Assembly: GCA_963664435.2 (NCBI GenBank)
Contig: CAXXKM010000003.1
Coordinates: 480,001 to 544,000, forward strand
DNA: 64,000 bases
DNA from: Longimicrobiales bacterium
GTDB taxonomy: Bacteria > Gemmatimonadota > Gemmatimonadetes > Longimicrobiales > Gaopeijiaceae
Reading direction: 5' to 3'
Part shown: piece by piece, positions 30,086 to 39,805 of the stretch
Numbering within the stretch: the first letter of the stretch is position 1
How the letters are laid out: each line of letters begins with the position of its first letter
Notes under the pieces: generated by a model
What the model saw: the letters and a program-made list of their open reading frames with translations, nothing else
Databases searched by the model: none
What the model was told of the DNA's origin: nothing
Made by a program: the position numbers and the translations under genes

Positions 30086-32865
30086 CCTCCTCCACCCGCC
30101 ATCATGCCGCCCGGCAGGGTGACTTCGCGGGCCGCCCCGTAGTGGATGCCGTTGAACAGGAACGGGAAGGTCCCGTGCGACTGGGCACGGAACGTGATCT
30201 TGGGGCCGAAGAGGAACAGGCGCCCCTCGCCGAGCTGGGCATCGGCGATCGAGACCCCGTCCTGCAGGTGGTGCTGGCCCCAGGCCCATCCGCTGCGCAG
30301 CGGCGCATCCGAGTCGAACCACCCGACCGGGGTAACTCCGGCCGCCGAGCCCTGGAGGCTGAACACCGGGCTCCGGCTGAAGAGCACGTTGGCCCGCTCG
30401 CCGACGCCGGCGGCCAGCGGATGGGCGCCTTCGACGCGCAGGTCCAGCACCGAGCCGGGGACGTAGTACTCCTCCGAAGCCAGCGGCTGGCCGTCGGGTC
30501 CGACGAGGTGGTTGCTCAAGGGCAGGCCGGCATGGTAGGCCAGATTGGTCGAACTGCCGATGGCCACCACCGTCCCCCCGGCGCGGATGAACTCGAGCAC
30601 GGCCGGCACCGTGGTCGCCGAGGAGAAGGCTCCGATGCGGCCGCGGAATTCCTCCGGCACCGTGGCCGCGAACTCGGGCAGCAGGGTCCTGCCGGCATCG
30701 CGTCCGGGCATCGGGACCGCGCCGTCCTCGAGCACCAGCACGTCGAACCTGTCGATCAGGTCGCCCTGGTCGAGGTCGGGCGGGAAGACCACATCGAAGT
30801 CGAACTCGAAGTCCTCGAGGATCATGCGCGTCCATCCCGACGGCATCGATCCGCCGTACACGTCGCCGAGCGCGACCCGCGGCGCCGTGAGTTCGAAGGC
30901 TCGTCCCGCGGGCGCCGACTCCAGGCCGACAAAGTCGATGCCCAGCTCGGCCGCCATGGCCGCCACCGACGCCGCGTCCGCCCCGGCGCCCGAGACGAAG
31001 AACGTCCCCGCGGGGTGTTCGGATCCTCCGGCCTGGAAGTCATCCCGCATCCAGTGCGCGCTCCCGCCCGCCGCCAGCACGCGGTTGACGGCGACGAAGG
31101 CGTCGTTGGCGTCGTGGCTTACCAGGTAGCCGGCGGCATCGGCCGCTCCCGCGACGGTGCCCGCGGGCGCCTCGGCCAGCCACTCGATCGGCTCGAAGGG
31201 GCCGTCGAAGCCGTCCAGGATGCGGTCGAACTCGACGCCCATCTGATAGGCGAGGGTCCACCCGGCGTTGTCGTAGGGCGCGGTCGGGGGCGCGCCGGGG
31301 TAAGGGAAGTCGTTGGGGTGGTTCTGCGGCTCGAACATGTCGAGGACGTGCGGGCGGAACGCCTGGGCGGCCGGCACCACGTAGGAGTCCGCGGGATAGC
31401 TCGTACCGGCCACCTCGAAGTCGGCGGTCGCGCGATGCACCTGCACGCCGCCCTTCAGCAGCGCGTTCACGAACCTGGTCGCCGTCGGAAAGTCCGGCTG
31501 GTCGGAGGGCAGGATGAAGCCGCGCGGATCGCGGTCCGCGGGGTCCCTCAGAAGCCGCTCGTAATCGCTCCGCGAGCCCAGGCGCGCGACCGTCTCGCTG
31601 GCCTCGTCGATCTCGAAGGGCAGCACCGTCCAGTGGTCGCGGCTGCCGCGCTCGATGGAGTTGGTCCCCATCCGCCAGATGTTGAAGAGCAGGTGGTCCT
31701 TGTTGCGCGAGGCGAAGTCGAGAACCGCGAGATTGGCGGTCATCGAGTAGTCGACGGACTGGCGGAAGTGCCACAGGCCGGGCTCCACCGGCAGCGGCAG
31801 ATCGCCGTGGGGCAGCTGCCGCCGCGGGATGAAGGGAATCGCAATGGGCGTCGGGTTGCCGATGGTCTCGGTCAGCAGCCCGATCTGGTTCTTGAAATAC
31901 GGGGTGGTGCGCAGGCCGCCGTTCCACCAGGTCGAATAGCTCGCCCCGCTGCGCATGGTGGTGCCCCCCTTCCCTTCCAGCACGAAGCGCTGGTGCATCG
32001 CCGAGCCGACCTGGTCGAGGCCGGTGAGGATGAGCGGATCCAGGTAGTGGTTGGGCGGATCGCGGAAGGGCGGCGCGAACATGACCGTGCCCAGCGGGCC
32101 GGTCTGGTGGTGGTTGTAGACGATCTGCGGGAACCATTCGCGCGCGATGATGCGGTTGATGTTGGTGCTCTCGGCGAGCGCCGACATGTAGAAGTCGCGG
32201 TTGTTGTCGTGGCCCGCGTACTTCTGGTAGAGCACCGGGGCGCCGCCCGTGCTGCGCTCCTCGGGCGTGTCGATGCGCATGTACCAGTTGGCGAGCAGGT
32301 CGTGGCCGTCCGGGTTGGCGTGCCCGACGAGCACGACGACGTCGTCCAGTATGCGCATGGTCTCGTCGTCGGTGCGGCTCACCAGCTGGTAGACCAGCTC
32401 CATCAGCTGCTGCGCACCGAGCACCTCCGAGGCGTGCAGGCCGCCGTCGATCCAGACCACCGCTCTGCCCTCGGCCGCCATGGCCCGGGCTTCGGCCTCG
32501 GAGATCCCTTCCGCGTACGCCATCCGCTCCGCGATCTCCTTGAAGCGGGCCAGATTCCGGTGGTTGGCGGGCGACGTGATGGTCGCCATCAGCTGCTCGC
32601 GGCCCTCCTCGGTCTGGCCGATGGATTCGAGGATCATGCGGTCCGACTCCGACGCCAGCAGCTCCCAGTACTCGGTCAGCGCCACGTAGTTGGGGAGGAC
32701 GTAGTCGGCCCTGATCTCGTGCCCGAACTGTTCGACGGGGGAGGTGACCCGGGTGGCGGTGGCCATCTCCTCGCAGGCCCACAGGACGGGCACGAGGAGC
32801 AGGGAGACGGACGCCAGGCTTGCCCGGCCTCGGGTAAACAGCGGATTCCGCTCGATCATGCGCAT
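30082..32865 (-). CDS. M14 zinc carboxypeptidase-family lipoprotein with C-terminal GATase-like domain
   Basis: GGLHASE (HxxE), NPDG, GHDNNRD, NHHQ; lipobox LWAC; SMPSGWTR. Confidence 0.88.
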   Translation of the reverse strand: MRMIERNPLFTRGRASLASVSLLLVPVLWACEEMATATRVTSPVEQFGHEIRADYVLPNYVALTEYWELLASESDRMILESIGQTEEGREQLMATITSPANHRNLARFKEIAERMAYAEGISEAEARAMAAEGRAVVWIDGGLHASEVLGAQQLMELVYQLVSRTDDETMRILDDVVVLVGHANPDGHDLLANWYMRIDTPEERSTGGAPVLYQKYAGHDNNRDFYMSALAESTNINRIIAREWFPQIVYNHHQTGPLGTVMFAPPFRDPPNHYLDPLILTGLDQVGSAMHQRFVLEGKGGTTMRSGASYSTWWNGGLRTTPYFKNQIGLLTETIGNPTPIAIPFIPRRQLPHGDLPLPVEPGLWHFRQSVDYSMTANLAVLDFASRNKDHLLFNIWRMGTNSIERGSRDHWTVLPFEIDEASETVARLGSRSDYERLLRDPADRDPRGFILPSDQPDFPTATRFVNALLKGGVQVHRATADFEVAGTSYPADSYVVPAAQAFRPHVLDMFEPQNHPNDFPYPGAPPTAPYDNAGWTLAYQMGVEFDRILDGFDGPFEPIEWLAEAPAGTVAGAADAAGYLVSHDANDAFVAVNRVLAAGGSAHWMRDDFQAGGSEHPAGTFFVSGAGADAASVAAMAAELGIDFVGLESAPAGRAFELTAPRVALGDVYGGSMPSGWTRMILEDFEFDFDVVFPPDLDQGDLIDRFDVLVLEDGAVPMPGRDAGRTLLPEFAATVPEEFRGRIGAFSSATTVPAVLEFIRAGGTVVAIGSSTNLAYHAGLPLSNHLVGPDGQPLASEEYYVPGSVLDLRVEGAHPLAAGVGERANVLFSRSPVFSLQGSAAGVTPVGWFDSDAPLRSGWAWGQHHLQDGVSIADAQLGEGRLFLFGPKITFRAQSHGTFPFLFNGIHYGAAREVTLPGGMMAGGGG

Positions 32866-33034
32866 GGAAACATCCTCTTCTATGGAAGCGCCAGGGCCAT
32901 TCCCGCCCGGCTCATGTGTGATTCTTTGCCACAGTACCTCGGACGGTCAACAAACGGGCCCCGAACCGACGCGCGGGCGCCCGGCAAACACCGCTCGGCA
33001 CCGGTGGCCGGCCCCGACGCGGGAGCAGATGCGA

Positions 33035-34201
33035 TCAGGGCAGCTCCATCTTCCAGAAGGCGATGCCGCCGGCCTGCTGTCCCACCTCGACGTCGCCCAC
33101 GCGCGAGAAATCGGAGAGGTCGAACACGTCCACCTTGCCCGGCTCGGCGCCCACCCCCTCCGAGCTCACGAAGGCGTAGCGGGAGTCGGGAGACACCTCC
33201 ACCCCATGCGTGACCGTGGTGGTGGTGGAGACGCGGGCCAGGCTTTCGCCGGTGCGCAGGTCGAAGAACTCGACGCCCGCACCCTGCTTCAGCGTGGCCA
33301 CCAGCAGCCGGCCGTCGGGCGTGATCGCCAGGTTGTAGGGACCGGTCCCGGACTGCAACACCCGCGTCAGTTCCCAGCTCTGGCGGTCCAGATGCAGGAT
33401 CCGGCTCCCCGCGTTGCAGGCGACGTAGAGGCTGAAGCCGTCGGGCGAGGGCTGCACCCAGGTCGGCGAGCACGGGGATCCGGCCATGGCCCCGGCGCCC
33501 ATTCCGCTCATACCGCCCGCGGCGCCTTCCGCGTCGAGCGGGCCCTCGCGGCCGGGCGCGACCGAAAACCGGCGTGCGACCTCGAACGTGCGGGTGTCGA
33601 TCTCGACCACCTGCTCGTCCATCATGCAGTTGGAGTAGAGGAAGAGCCCGTCCGGGGCCATGCGCGCGCCGTGCGGCATGGTGCAGGTCTCGATCTGCTC
33701 CACTTCGACCAGGTCGGGGGTGTAGACCACCGAGACGGTGGAGGGTACGTGCTCGCCGTGCAGGTTGAAGTTGACGACGAAGGCGTAGAGCCCGTCCGGG
33801 GTGAGGTCGATGGTGGCCGGAAAGTAGCCCAGCAGGATGGGCTCCGCGACGACGGTGTCCACGCCCGCCTCGAACTTCCACAGCTTCCCGTCCGGAAAGC
33901 CGTGTCCGGTGGTCATGTACAGGTGGCCGCCGTCGGGGGAGATGCGCAGCCCGTGGGGCCCCTCGGTTTCGGTGGGGATCTCGCCCACCATGGTGGTCTG
34001 CTCCAGGGTGAGCGTGCCGTCGAAGCGGATGCGGTGGATCAGGTCGGCCGATTCCGCGCCGACGTAGAGCCAGTACACCGCACCCGGGTCGGCCGCACGG
34101 GCCGCCGGGCCACCCTCCGCGGCCGTGCCGCCTCCGGATCCGGAAACGCACCCGGTGCACAGCAGCAGCGCCGCGGCGCCTGCTCGTTGTATCGACCTCA
34201 T
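33035..34201 (-). CDS. YncE/YVTN-like beta-propeller lipoprotein
   Basis: Lipobox CTGC; repeated PHG..(I/V)SPDG / TPDG blades. Confidence 0.8.
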   Translation of the reverse strand: MRSIQRAGAAALLLCTGCVSGSGGGTAAEGGPAARAADPGAVYWLYVGAESADLIHRIRFDGTLTLEQTTMVGEIPTETEGPHGLRISPDGGHLYMTTGHGFPDGKLWKFEAGVDTVVAEPILLGYFPATIDLTPDGLYAFVVNFNLHGEHVPSTVSVVYTPDLVEVEQIETCTMPHGARMAPDGLFLYSNCMMDEQVVEIDTRTFEVARRFSVAPGREGPLDAEGAAGGMSGMGAGAMAGSPCSPTWVQPSPDGFSLYVACNAGSRILHLDRQSWELTRVLQSGTGPYNLAITPDGRLLVATLKQGAGVEFFDLRTGESLARVSTTTTVTHGVEVSPDSRYAFVSSEGVGAEPGKVDVFDLSDFSRVGDVEVGQQAGGIAFWKMELP

Positions 34202-36252
34202 CGCTCCCTCCTTCCTGCGGGCCGGCCCTCCCCCAGATTTCGCCTCAGCAGGGCCTCCGGATCCGGGTCCCTGCCCATGAAGGCGCGGAACATCCGGTCC
34301 GGTTCACGGCTGTCGCCCTGCGCCAGGATCGTGTCCATGAAGGCCGCGCCCGTCTCCCGCGAGAGGACGCCTTCCCTGCGGAACCGCCCGAAGGCGTCCG
34401 CCTCCAGCACTTCGGACCACATGTAGCTGTAGTAGGCCGAGGCGTACCCGCCGGCAAACAGATGGCTGAAGGTGGTGAGGATGTGGCTCCTGGCGAAACT
34501 CTCATCCAGGACGAACGGCCTCAGGACTTCTTCGGCGTACGACATCAACTCCTGCCTGCCATCGTACTCGCGATGGAGCCGCAGGTCGAGGGTCGCGAAC
34601 CCCAGCTGCCTCATCTGCGCCTGGCCGCCCATGAAGCGGCGCGCCGCCAGCATGCGCCGGTACAGGTCGTCGGGCAGAGGCTCCCCGGTCTTGTGGTGCC
34701 CGGAGAAGATGGACAGCGCCTCGCGCTCCCAGGTCCAGTTTTCCATGATCTGGGAGGGCACCTCCACCCAGTCCCACGGCACCTGCATCCCCGACCGCGA
34801 GGGCAGCGGCACCCGCGAAGTGCAGTGGTGCAGGAGATGCCCGAACTCGTGAAAGATGGTCTGGACGCTCCGGTGGGTGAGCAGCGCCGGTTTGCCCCGC
34901 ACGGGTGGGGCGAAGTTGCCCGCCATCATGCCGGTGTGGGGAACGAAGTCCCCGTCCGGCCGAGGACCCCCGGTGGTCAGGGTCGCCATCCACGCCCCCT
35001 GGCGCTTTCCGCTGCGCGGGAACCAGTCGGTGTGGAAGGAGCCGAGGCGGACGCCGTCCTCCGCGATCAGGCGATAGGAACGCACATCCTCGTGCCAGAC
35101 GTCCCTGGCCGGCACCTCCTCGACCCGGACGCCGAACACCCGCTCGACAATCTCGAACAGGCCGTCCAGCACCCGGTCGAGGGGAAACCAGGGACGCGTC
35201 AATTCGTCATCGAACTGGAAGCGCTCGCGCCGGAGCGCCTCCGAAACGTACGCCAGGTCCCACGGCTTCAGGGACTCGATCCCCATGCGGGCGGCCTTTT
35301 CCCGAATCGTCGCCAGATCGCGCTCCCAGTACGGAAGGGTGCGCTCCCGCAGGTCGCGGACGAATTCGAACGCGCGGGTCCCGCTGCCCGCCATGGCGTC
35401 GTCCAGGCGATAGTCGGAGAAATCTCCGTAGCCGAGCAGGCCGGCCAGTTCGCGCCTCAGCGCCAGGATGCGCGTGATGGTCGGGCGGTTGTCCAGCTCG
35501 CCGTCCCGGCAGCGTCCCACGTAGGCCTGGTGGAGCTGCCTGCGCAGCTCGCGGTCGCGGGCATACTTGAGGACCGGCTCGAAGGACGGGAAATCCAGCG
35601 TCAGCAGCCAGCCGTCCAGATCCTTCGCCCCGGCCTTGTGGCGGGCCAGCTCGAGGGCCGTGTCGGGGATCCCGTCGAGCCGGGGACGCTCGTCGTCGGT
35701 GACGTGCAGCCGAAAGGCTTCGGTGGCATCGAGGACGTTTTCCGAGAAGCGCCGCTCCAGCCGTGACAGCTCGACCCGGATCTCCTCGACGCGGCCGCGG
35801 CCCTCATCGTCCAGATCGGCCCCCGCGGACCGGAACTGGTGCATCATCCTGTCGAGGTTGCGGCGGCGCAGCGGGTCGAGCGCCGCCGCCTCCGGGGTGG
35901 CGGCGAAGTCCTGTACGGCCGCCCACAGGCCCCGGTGCAGCGGGAGCCGCGACCAGAACGCCGCGATTTCGGGCAGGACCGCGTTGTAGGCGCGTCTCAG
36001 CTCGGGCGTTTCCGCAACCGAGAGCAGAACCGAGACCGGCGCCAGCGCTTCTTCCACCCGCTGAACGATGTCGTCGAGGCGCTGAATGGCCGCGTGGTAG
36101 GTCGCGGGTGACCCGCTGCTCTCGGCGAGGTCGTCGATCTCCGCTTGCGCGCGTTCCAGCACGGCGCGCACGGTCGGCGCCAGCCCCGGCGCGGTGATGC
36201 CCGCGAAGGTGGGTGGCGGGCCGGCCGCCGAGGGCGTGGCGGGGTCGGGCAT
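34198..36252 (-). CDS. prlC: M3 family oligopeptidase A
   Basis: KRQGAWM, FHEFGHLLH (HExxH), VEVPSQIMENW, FSHLFAGGYASAYYSYMWSE. Confidence 0.92.
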   Translation of the reverse strand: MPDPATPSAAGPPPTFAGITAPGLAPTVRAVLERAQAEIDDLAESSGSPATYHAAIQRLDDIVQRVEEALAPVSVLLSVAETPELRRAYNAVLPEIAAFWSRLPLHRGLWAAVQDFAATPEAAALDPLRRRNLDRMMHQFRSAGADLDDEGRGRVEEIRVELSRLERRFSENVLDATEAFRLHVTDDERPRLDGIPDTALELARHKAGAKDLDGWLLTLDFPSFEPVLKYARDRELRRQLHQAYVGRCRDGELDNRPTITRILALRRELAGLLGYGDFSDYRLDDAMAGSGTRAFEFVRDLRERTLPYWERDLATIREKAARMGIESLKPWDLAYVSEALRRERFQFDDELTRPWFPLDRVLDGLFEIVERVFGVRVEEVPARDVWHEDVRSYRLIAEDGVRLGSFHTDWFPRSGKRQGAWMATLTTGGPRPDGDFVPHTGMMAGNFAPPVRGKPALLTHRSVQTIFHEFGHLLHHCTSRVPLPSRSGMQVPWDWVEVPSQIMENWTWEREALSIFSGHHKTGEPLPDDLYRRMLAARRFMGGQAQMRQLGFATLDLRLHREYDGRQELMSYAEEVLRPFVLDESFARSHILTTFSHLFAGGYASAYYSYMWSEVLEADAFGRFRREGVLSRETGAAFMDTILAQGDSREPDRMFRAFMGRDPDPEALLRRNLGEGRPAGRRER

Positions 36253-36254
36253 GT

Positions 36255-37031
36255 CTAGCCGCCGTCCACGGGGGCATGGGCGGCCGACGACGACCGTGCG
36301 GACACTTCGCCTCCGCCCGGGCCACCCGCTTCGGGCTCGCCGCGGGGAAGGTCGGCCACCTCGATGACGCGCCCCTTCCCGCGCCAGCGTGCCAGGGTGT
36401 CCTCCTCCGCCTCGAGCCCGAGACCCCACATGGCGTCCCGGATCGCGGTGACCCGATGGCCGCGGGCCTGGAGGCCGTCGATCGCCTGGGTCACGCACAC
36501 GTCGCGCGCGACTCCGGCCACGAAGAACTCCACCGGATCGAGCTCGCGCGTGACCAGCTCCACGAAGTGGTCGGCAACCCGATTGCCCTCGAACACGTCG
36601 AAGCGGTCCTTGCGGATGAGCACCGGCCGGGGCCGGCGGCGCCAGCGCGCCAGCAGCGCGTGCACCTCGGTGGGTGTCGCGTGCACCTGCAGCACGAGGC
36701 AATCGGAGGCGGCCAGCGACGGGATGATCTCCGCGCCGAGGCGCTCGGCCGGATCCGTCGACCTGCCCATGCAGTGGGGCGGGTATGTACCCTTGCCCGG
36801 ATCCGGGTTCTTCGCATCGATCTCGGCGTCGTCGTAGCCGTGCCAGTCCGCCGTGTACACCACCAGGGCGGCGTGGGCGTGCATCCAATCGACGGCCTCG
36901 ACCAGCCGGGGCCCGGCCATCGCCGCTCCGGGATCGCGATCGTCGAACAGGTCGCGCACATAGAGTCGCCCGTCCGGCTCCATGAAATCCCGCTGCGCGT
37001 CAACGACCCAGCCGATCCGTGTCATTCCCAT
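36255..37031 (-). CDS. pncA: Nicotinamidase (isochorismatase-family cysteine hydrolase)
   Basis: VDAQRDF, DWH, PPHC, K..FDVF, GVARDVCV (Asp-Lys-Cys triad); adjacent to the NAPRTase. Confidence 0.75.
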   Translation of the reverse strand: MGMTRIGWVVDAQRDFMEPDGRLYVRDLFDDRDPGAAMAGPRLVEAVDWMHAHAALVVYTADWHGYDDAEIDAKNPDPGKGTYPPHCMGRSTDPAERLGAEIIPSLAASDCLVLQVHATPTEVHALLARWRRRPRPVLIRKDRFDVFEGNRVADHFVELVTRELDPVEFFVAGVARDVCVTQAIDGLQARGHRVTAIRDAMWGLGLEAEEDTLARWRGKGRVIEVADLPRGEPEAGGPGGGEVSARSSSAAHAPVDGG

Positions 37032-37034
37032 GAG

Positions 37035-38168
37035 TTACGCCACCCGCTCGAGCGACGGGTTGGGCCGGTATCGCCGTCCCGCCTTGGCGACAGGATCGTC
37101 GCCCACCTTCACGACGTCCGCGGTGAAGTTGACCTGGCCGCGGATGAGGGACGAGCCCACCCCGAAGGCGTCCACCGGAACCTCTGCCTCCCGGAAGCGC
37201 CGGATCCTCGCGCCGTCGAACCCTCCCGAGACGACGATGCGCACATGCCCGAACCCATTCCGGTCGAGAGCGTCCCGGACCTTGTACACGAGCCGGCGGT
37301 TCACGCCGCGCAGATGCAGGTTGCTCGCGCCGTCCGGCTCGATGTCCTCCGCGAGTGACCGGTCGACCATGTCCTCGGCCGTGTCCAGACGGACGGCGTA
37401 CAGCTTCTCGCCGAGCGCGCGCGCCACTTTCAGCGCCGTCCCCACGCAGTCGTTGTCGAAGTCCACCAGCGAAACGACGCGCACCGAGTCGGGCACCCGG
37501 CGGGCGAGCGCGCTGGTGGCGGCGACGGTGTCCCCCGAGTACGCCGCGATCAGCGCGTGCGGCAGGGTCCCTTCTCCCCGTCCTCCCCACCACGCCCCCT
37601 GCGCGTCGGTGGAGACGCCGGCCGCTCCGGCCACATGCGCCGCCCAGCCATCGGCCATCTGCACCGCCCAGTGGTCGTGGCGCGCAGCGAAGTACAGCAC
37701 CGGCAGCGGCCAGGCCGCCTCCACCGCCCAGCGGGTGCCGGTGGCGATCCGGGCGCCCCGCGCGAGCGCGCCCAAGTAGAGGGTCTCGAGATGGGCGTAG
37801 GCCGGGTAGGGGCCACGCACATGCATGACCGACTCGAAGGGGGCCGCCCGGTCGCCGTCGCGCAGCGACCACACCTCGAGGTCCTCCCACCGGTACCCGT
37901 CCGCCAGGCACAGCCTGAGGATCGCCACCGCCTCGTCGGTACCCGCCAGCAACACATCCTGCTTCTGGAAGATCTGCATGGTCACGGAGGGCGCGCGCGC
38001 CTCGGCCTCGAGCACCCGGCGCGTCCAGTTGAAATACTGATCCGTGTAGTGGCCGCTCCGCATCGCGATCACGGGCAGTCCGAAAACCTCGGGAGCCAGC
38101 CGCTCCGCCCTTCGACGCGGCGAAGGGGGGGCTGGGGAATCGGTGGGGACGGGCCGTGTTCGGCTCAT
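37035..38168 (-). CDS. pncB: Nicotinate phosphoribosyltransferase (QPRTase-like type II fold)
   Basis: YTDQYF, LET..LG, F.ARH, GTLPHALI, LVDFDND, VRLDT, IVVSGGF, FGVGS. Confidence 0.8.
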   Translation of the reverse strand: MSRTRPVPTDSPAPPSPRRRAERLAPEVFGLPVIAMRSGHYTDQYFNWTRRVLEAEARAPSVTMQIFQKQDVLLAGTDEAVAILRLCLADGYRWEDLEVWSLRDGDRAAPFESVMHVRGPYPAYAHLETLYLGALARGARIATGTRWAVEAAWPLPVLYFAARHDHWAVQMADGWAAHVAGAAGVSTDAQGAWWGGRGEGTLPHALIAAYSGDTVAATSALARRVPDSVRVVSLVDFDNDCVGTALKVARALGEKLYAVRLDTAEDMVDRSLAEDIEPDGASNLHLRGVNRRLVYKVRDALDRNGFGHVRIVVSGGFDGARIRRFREAEVPVDAFGVGSSLIRGQVNFTADVVKVGDDPVAKAGRRYRPNPSLERVA

Positions 38169-38263
38169 TCCTGAATCTCGGGCCGGCGCACGCCAAATGG
38201 AAGGTGGCGCGCGTGGCCCGCGGGGGTTTGCACCCGTACTTCCAAACTGCGATCATCGGTACG

Positions 38264-39508
38264 ATGACGATCCTGATCGCGACTCTGATCGCAACGCTTT
38301 CCGTCTCCGGCCTCTGTTCGATTCTCGAGGCGGTGCTCCTCTCCATCGACACCAGCTACGTCGAGTTGAGGCGCGCCGAGGGTCGACGTTCCGGCCGCCT
38401 CCTGTCCGAGCTCAAGAGCCACATCGACAAGCCGATCGCGGCCATCCTCACGCTGAACACCGTGGCCCATACCGCGGGCGCGGCGTTCGCCGGGTCGCTC
38501 GCCTTCGAACTCTTCGGCAGCGCCTGGGTGGCGGCCTTCTCGGGCGTGTTCACCTTCGCCATCCTGGTCTTTTCAGAGATCATCCCCAAGACGGCCGGGG
38601 CCCGCTTCTGCAATCAGCTCGCCCCGTCGACCGCCTACGTCCTGAAGGGACTGACGGTCGCGATGGCGCCGCTGGTGGTGCCCCTCTCCTGGGTGCAGAA
38701 GCTCATCCAGGGATCCCGCAAGAGCCCCGGGATCAGCCGCGAGGAAATCGAGGTGATGGCGCGGATGGCGTGGACCACCGGAACTCTGGCGGAAGACGAA
38801 TGGCAGGTCGTGTCCAACGTCATGCGCCTGGACGAGGTCCCGGTGGGAGAGGTCATGACGCCGCGCACCGACATCGTGGCGATCGATGCCGGCGCCACGG
38901 TGGAAGAGGCGAAGGAGGTCATGCTCGACCACGGCCACCTCCGGCTCCCGGTGCACACCGGAAGCGTCGACCGCATCGTGGGCGTGCTGGTGGCGCGCGA
39001 CCTGTGGCGGGCGGACCAGGAAGGGGTGACCGACATCCGCGATCTGCCCCGCGCGCCGATTTTCGCCCCCGACTCCCGGCCCGTTCAGGGGCTCATTCCG
39101 GAACTCCGCGACAAGGGCGCCAAGATGGTGATCGTGCTGGACGAGTTCGGCGGCACCGCGGGGCTGGCGACCTTCGAGGACCTCATCGAGGAGATCGTGG
39201 GGGAGATCCGGGACGAGCACGAAGCGCACGAGCCCGCCGAATTCCAGCTCCTGGCCGACGGATGCGTGCGGGTCTGGGGAGGCGTGTCGGTGCGGGAGGC
39301 GAACCAGCGGCTGAAGCTGGATCTGCCCTCCGACCGGTTCGACACCATCGGCGGCTTCGTCTTCGGCAGCCTGCACCGGGTTCCCCGGCCGGGCGACGAA
39401 GTTCCGGTGGATGGCGGCCGGCTGAGGGTTGCGCGAATGCGCGGCCGGCGCGTGGAGTTTGTCGTGTTTCTGCCGGAGAATGTCGCCGTTCGGAAGGACA
39501 CGCCGTGA
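38264..39508 (+). CDS. CNNM/CBS/CorC-HlyC (hemolysin-family) membrane protein
   Basis: SG.CS..EA.LLS, EIIPK, VMTPR, tandem CBS domains, VLDEFGGT.G, EDLIEEIVGEI.DE, DTIGGF. Confidence 0.9.
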   Translation: MTILIATLIATLSVSGLCSILEAVLLSIDTSYVELRRAEGRRSGRLLSELKSHIDKPIAAILTLNTVAHTAGAAFAGSLAFELFGSAWVAAFSGVFTFAILVFSEIIPKTAGARFCNQLAPSTAYVLKGLTVAMAPLVVPLSWVQKLIQGSRKSPGISREEIEVMARMAWTTGTLAEDEWQVVSNVMRLDEVPVGEVMTPRTDIVAIDAGATVEEAKEVMLDHGHLRLPVHTGSVDRIVGVLVARDLWRADQEGVTDIRDLPRAPIFAPDSRPVQGLIPELRDKGAKMVIVLDEFGGTAGLATFEDLIEEIVGEIRDEHEAHEPAEFQLLADGCVRVWGGVSVREANQRLKLDLPSDRFDTIGGFVFGSLHRVPRPGDEVPVDGGRLRVARMRGRRVEFVVFLPENVAVRKDTP

Positions 39509-39536
39509 CGACCGGGATTTGCCCCCGGTTCCGAGG

Positions 39537-39565
39537 TTGACAGGCTCAGGAACCGCTGATAACGT
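39537..39565 (+). promoter_or_regulatory. sigma70-type promoter of glnA
   Basis: TTGACA (39537-39542), 17 bp spacer, TAACGT (39560-39565). Confidence 0.6.
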
Positions 39566-39805
39566 CCCTCGTGCTGAACATGGTTGACCCGCTCAGGATC
39601 GCCCCATGAGGGCCGTAGTCGCCGGGCGGAGGTGTCTCCGGCCAGGACCCGGACGAAGTGTCTCCGGGAACCTGGCCGCTTCTCTTTTCAGGGGTCCGCG
39701 CGACAGGCGGTTCTCCCCCCTTTCCCCCTTTCCGCAGACCCTATCTGATTTGACTCCCGGGGCGCGCGGTCCGCGCTCCGGACTCTTTCCCCACCTCAGT
39801 GGAGC

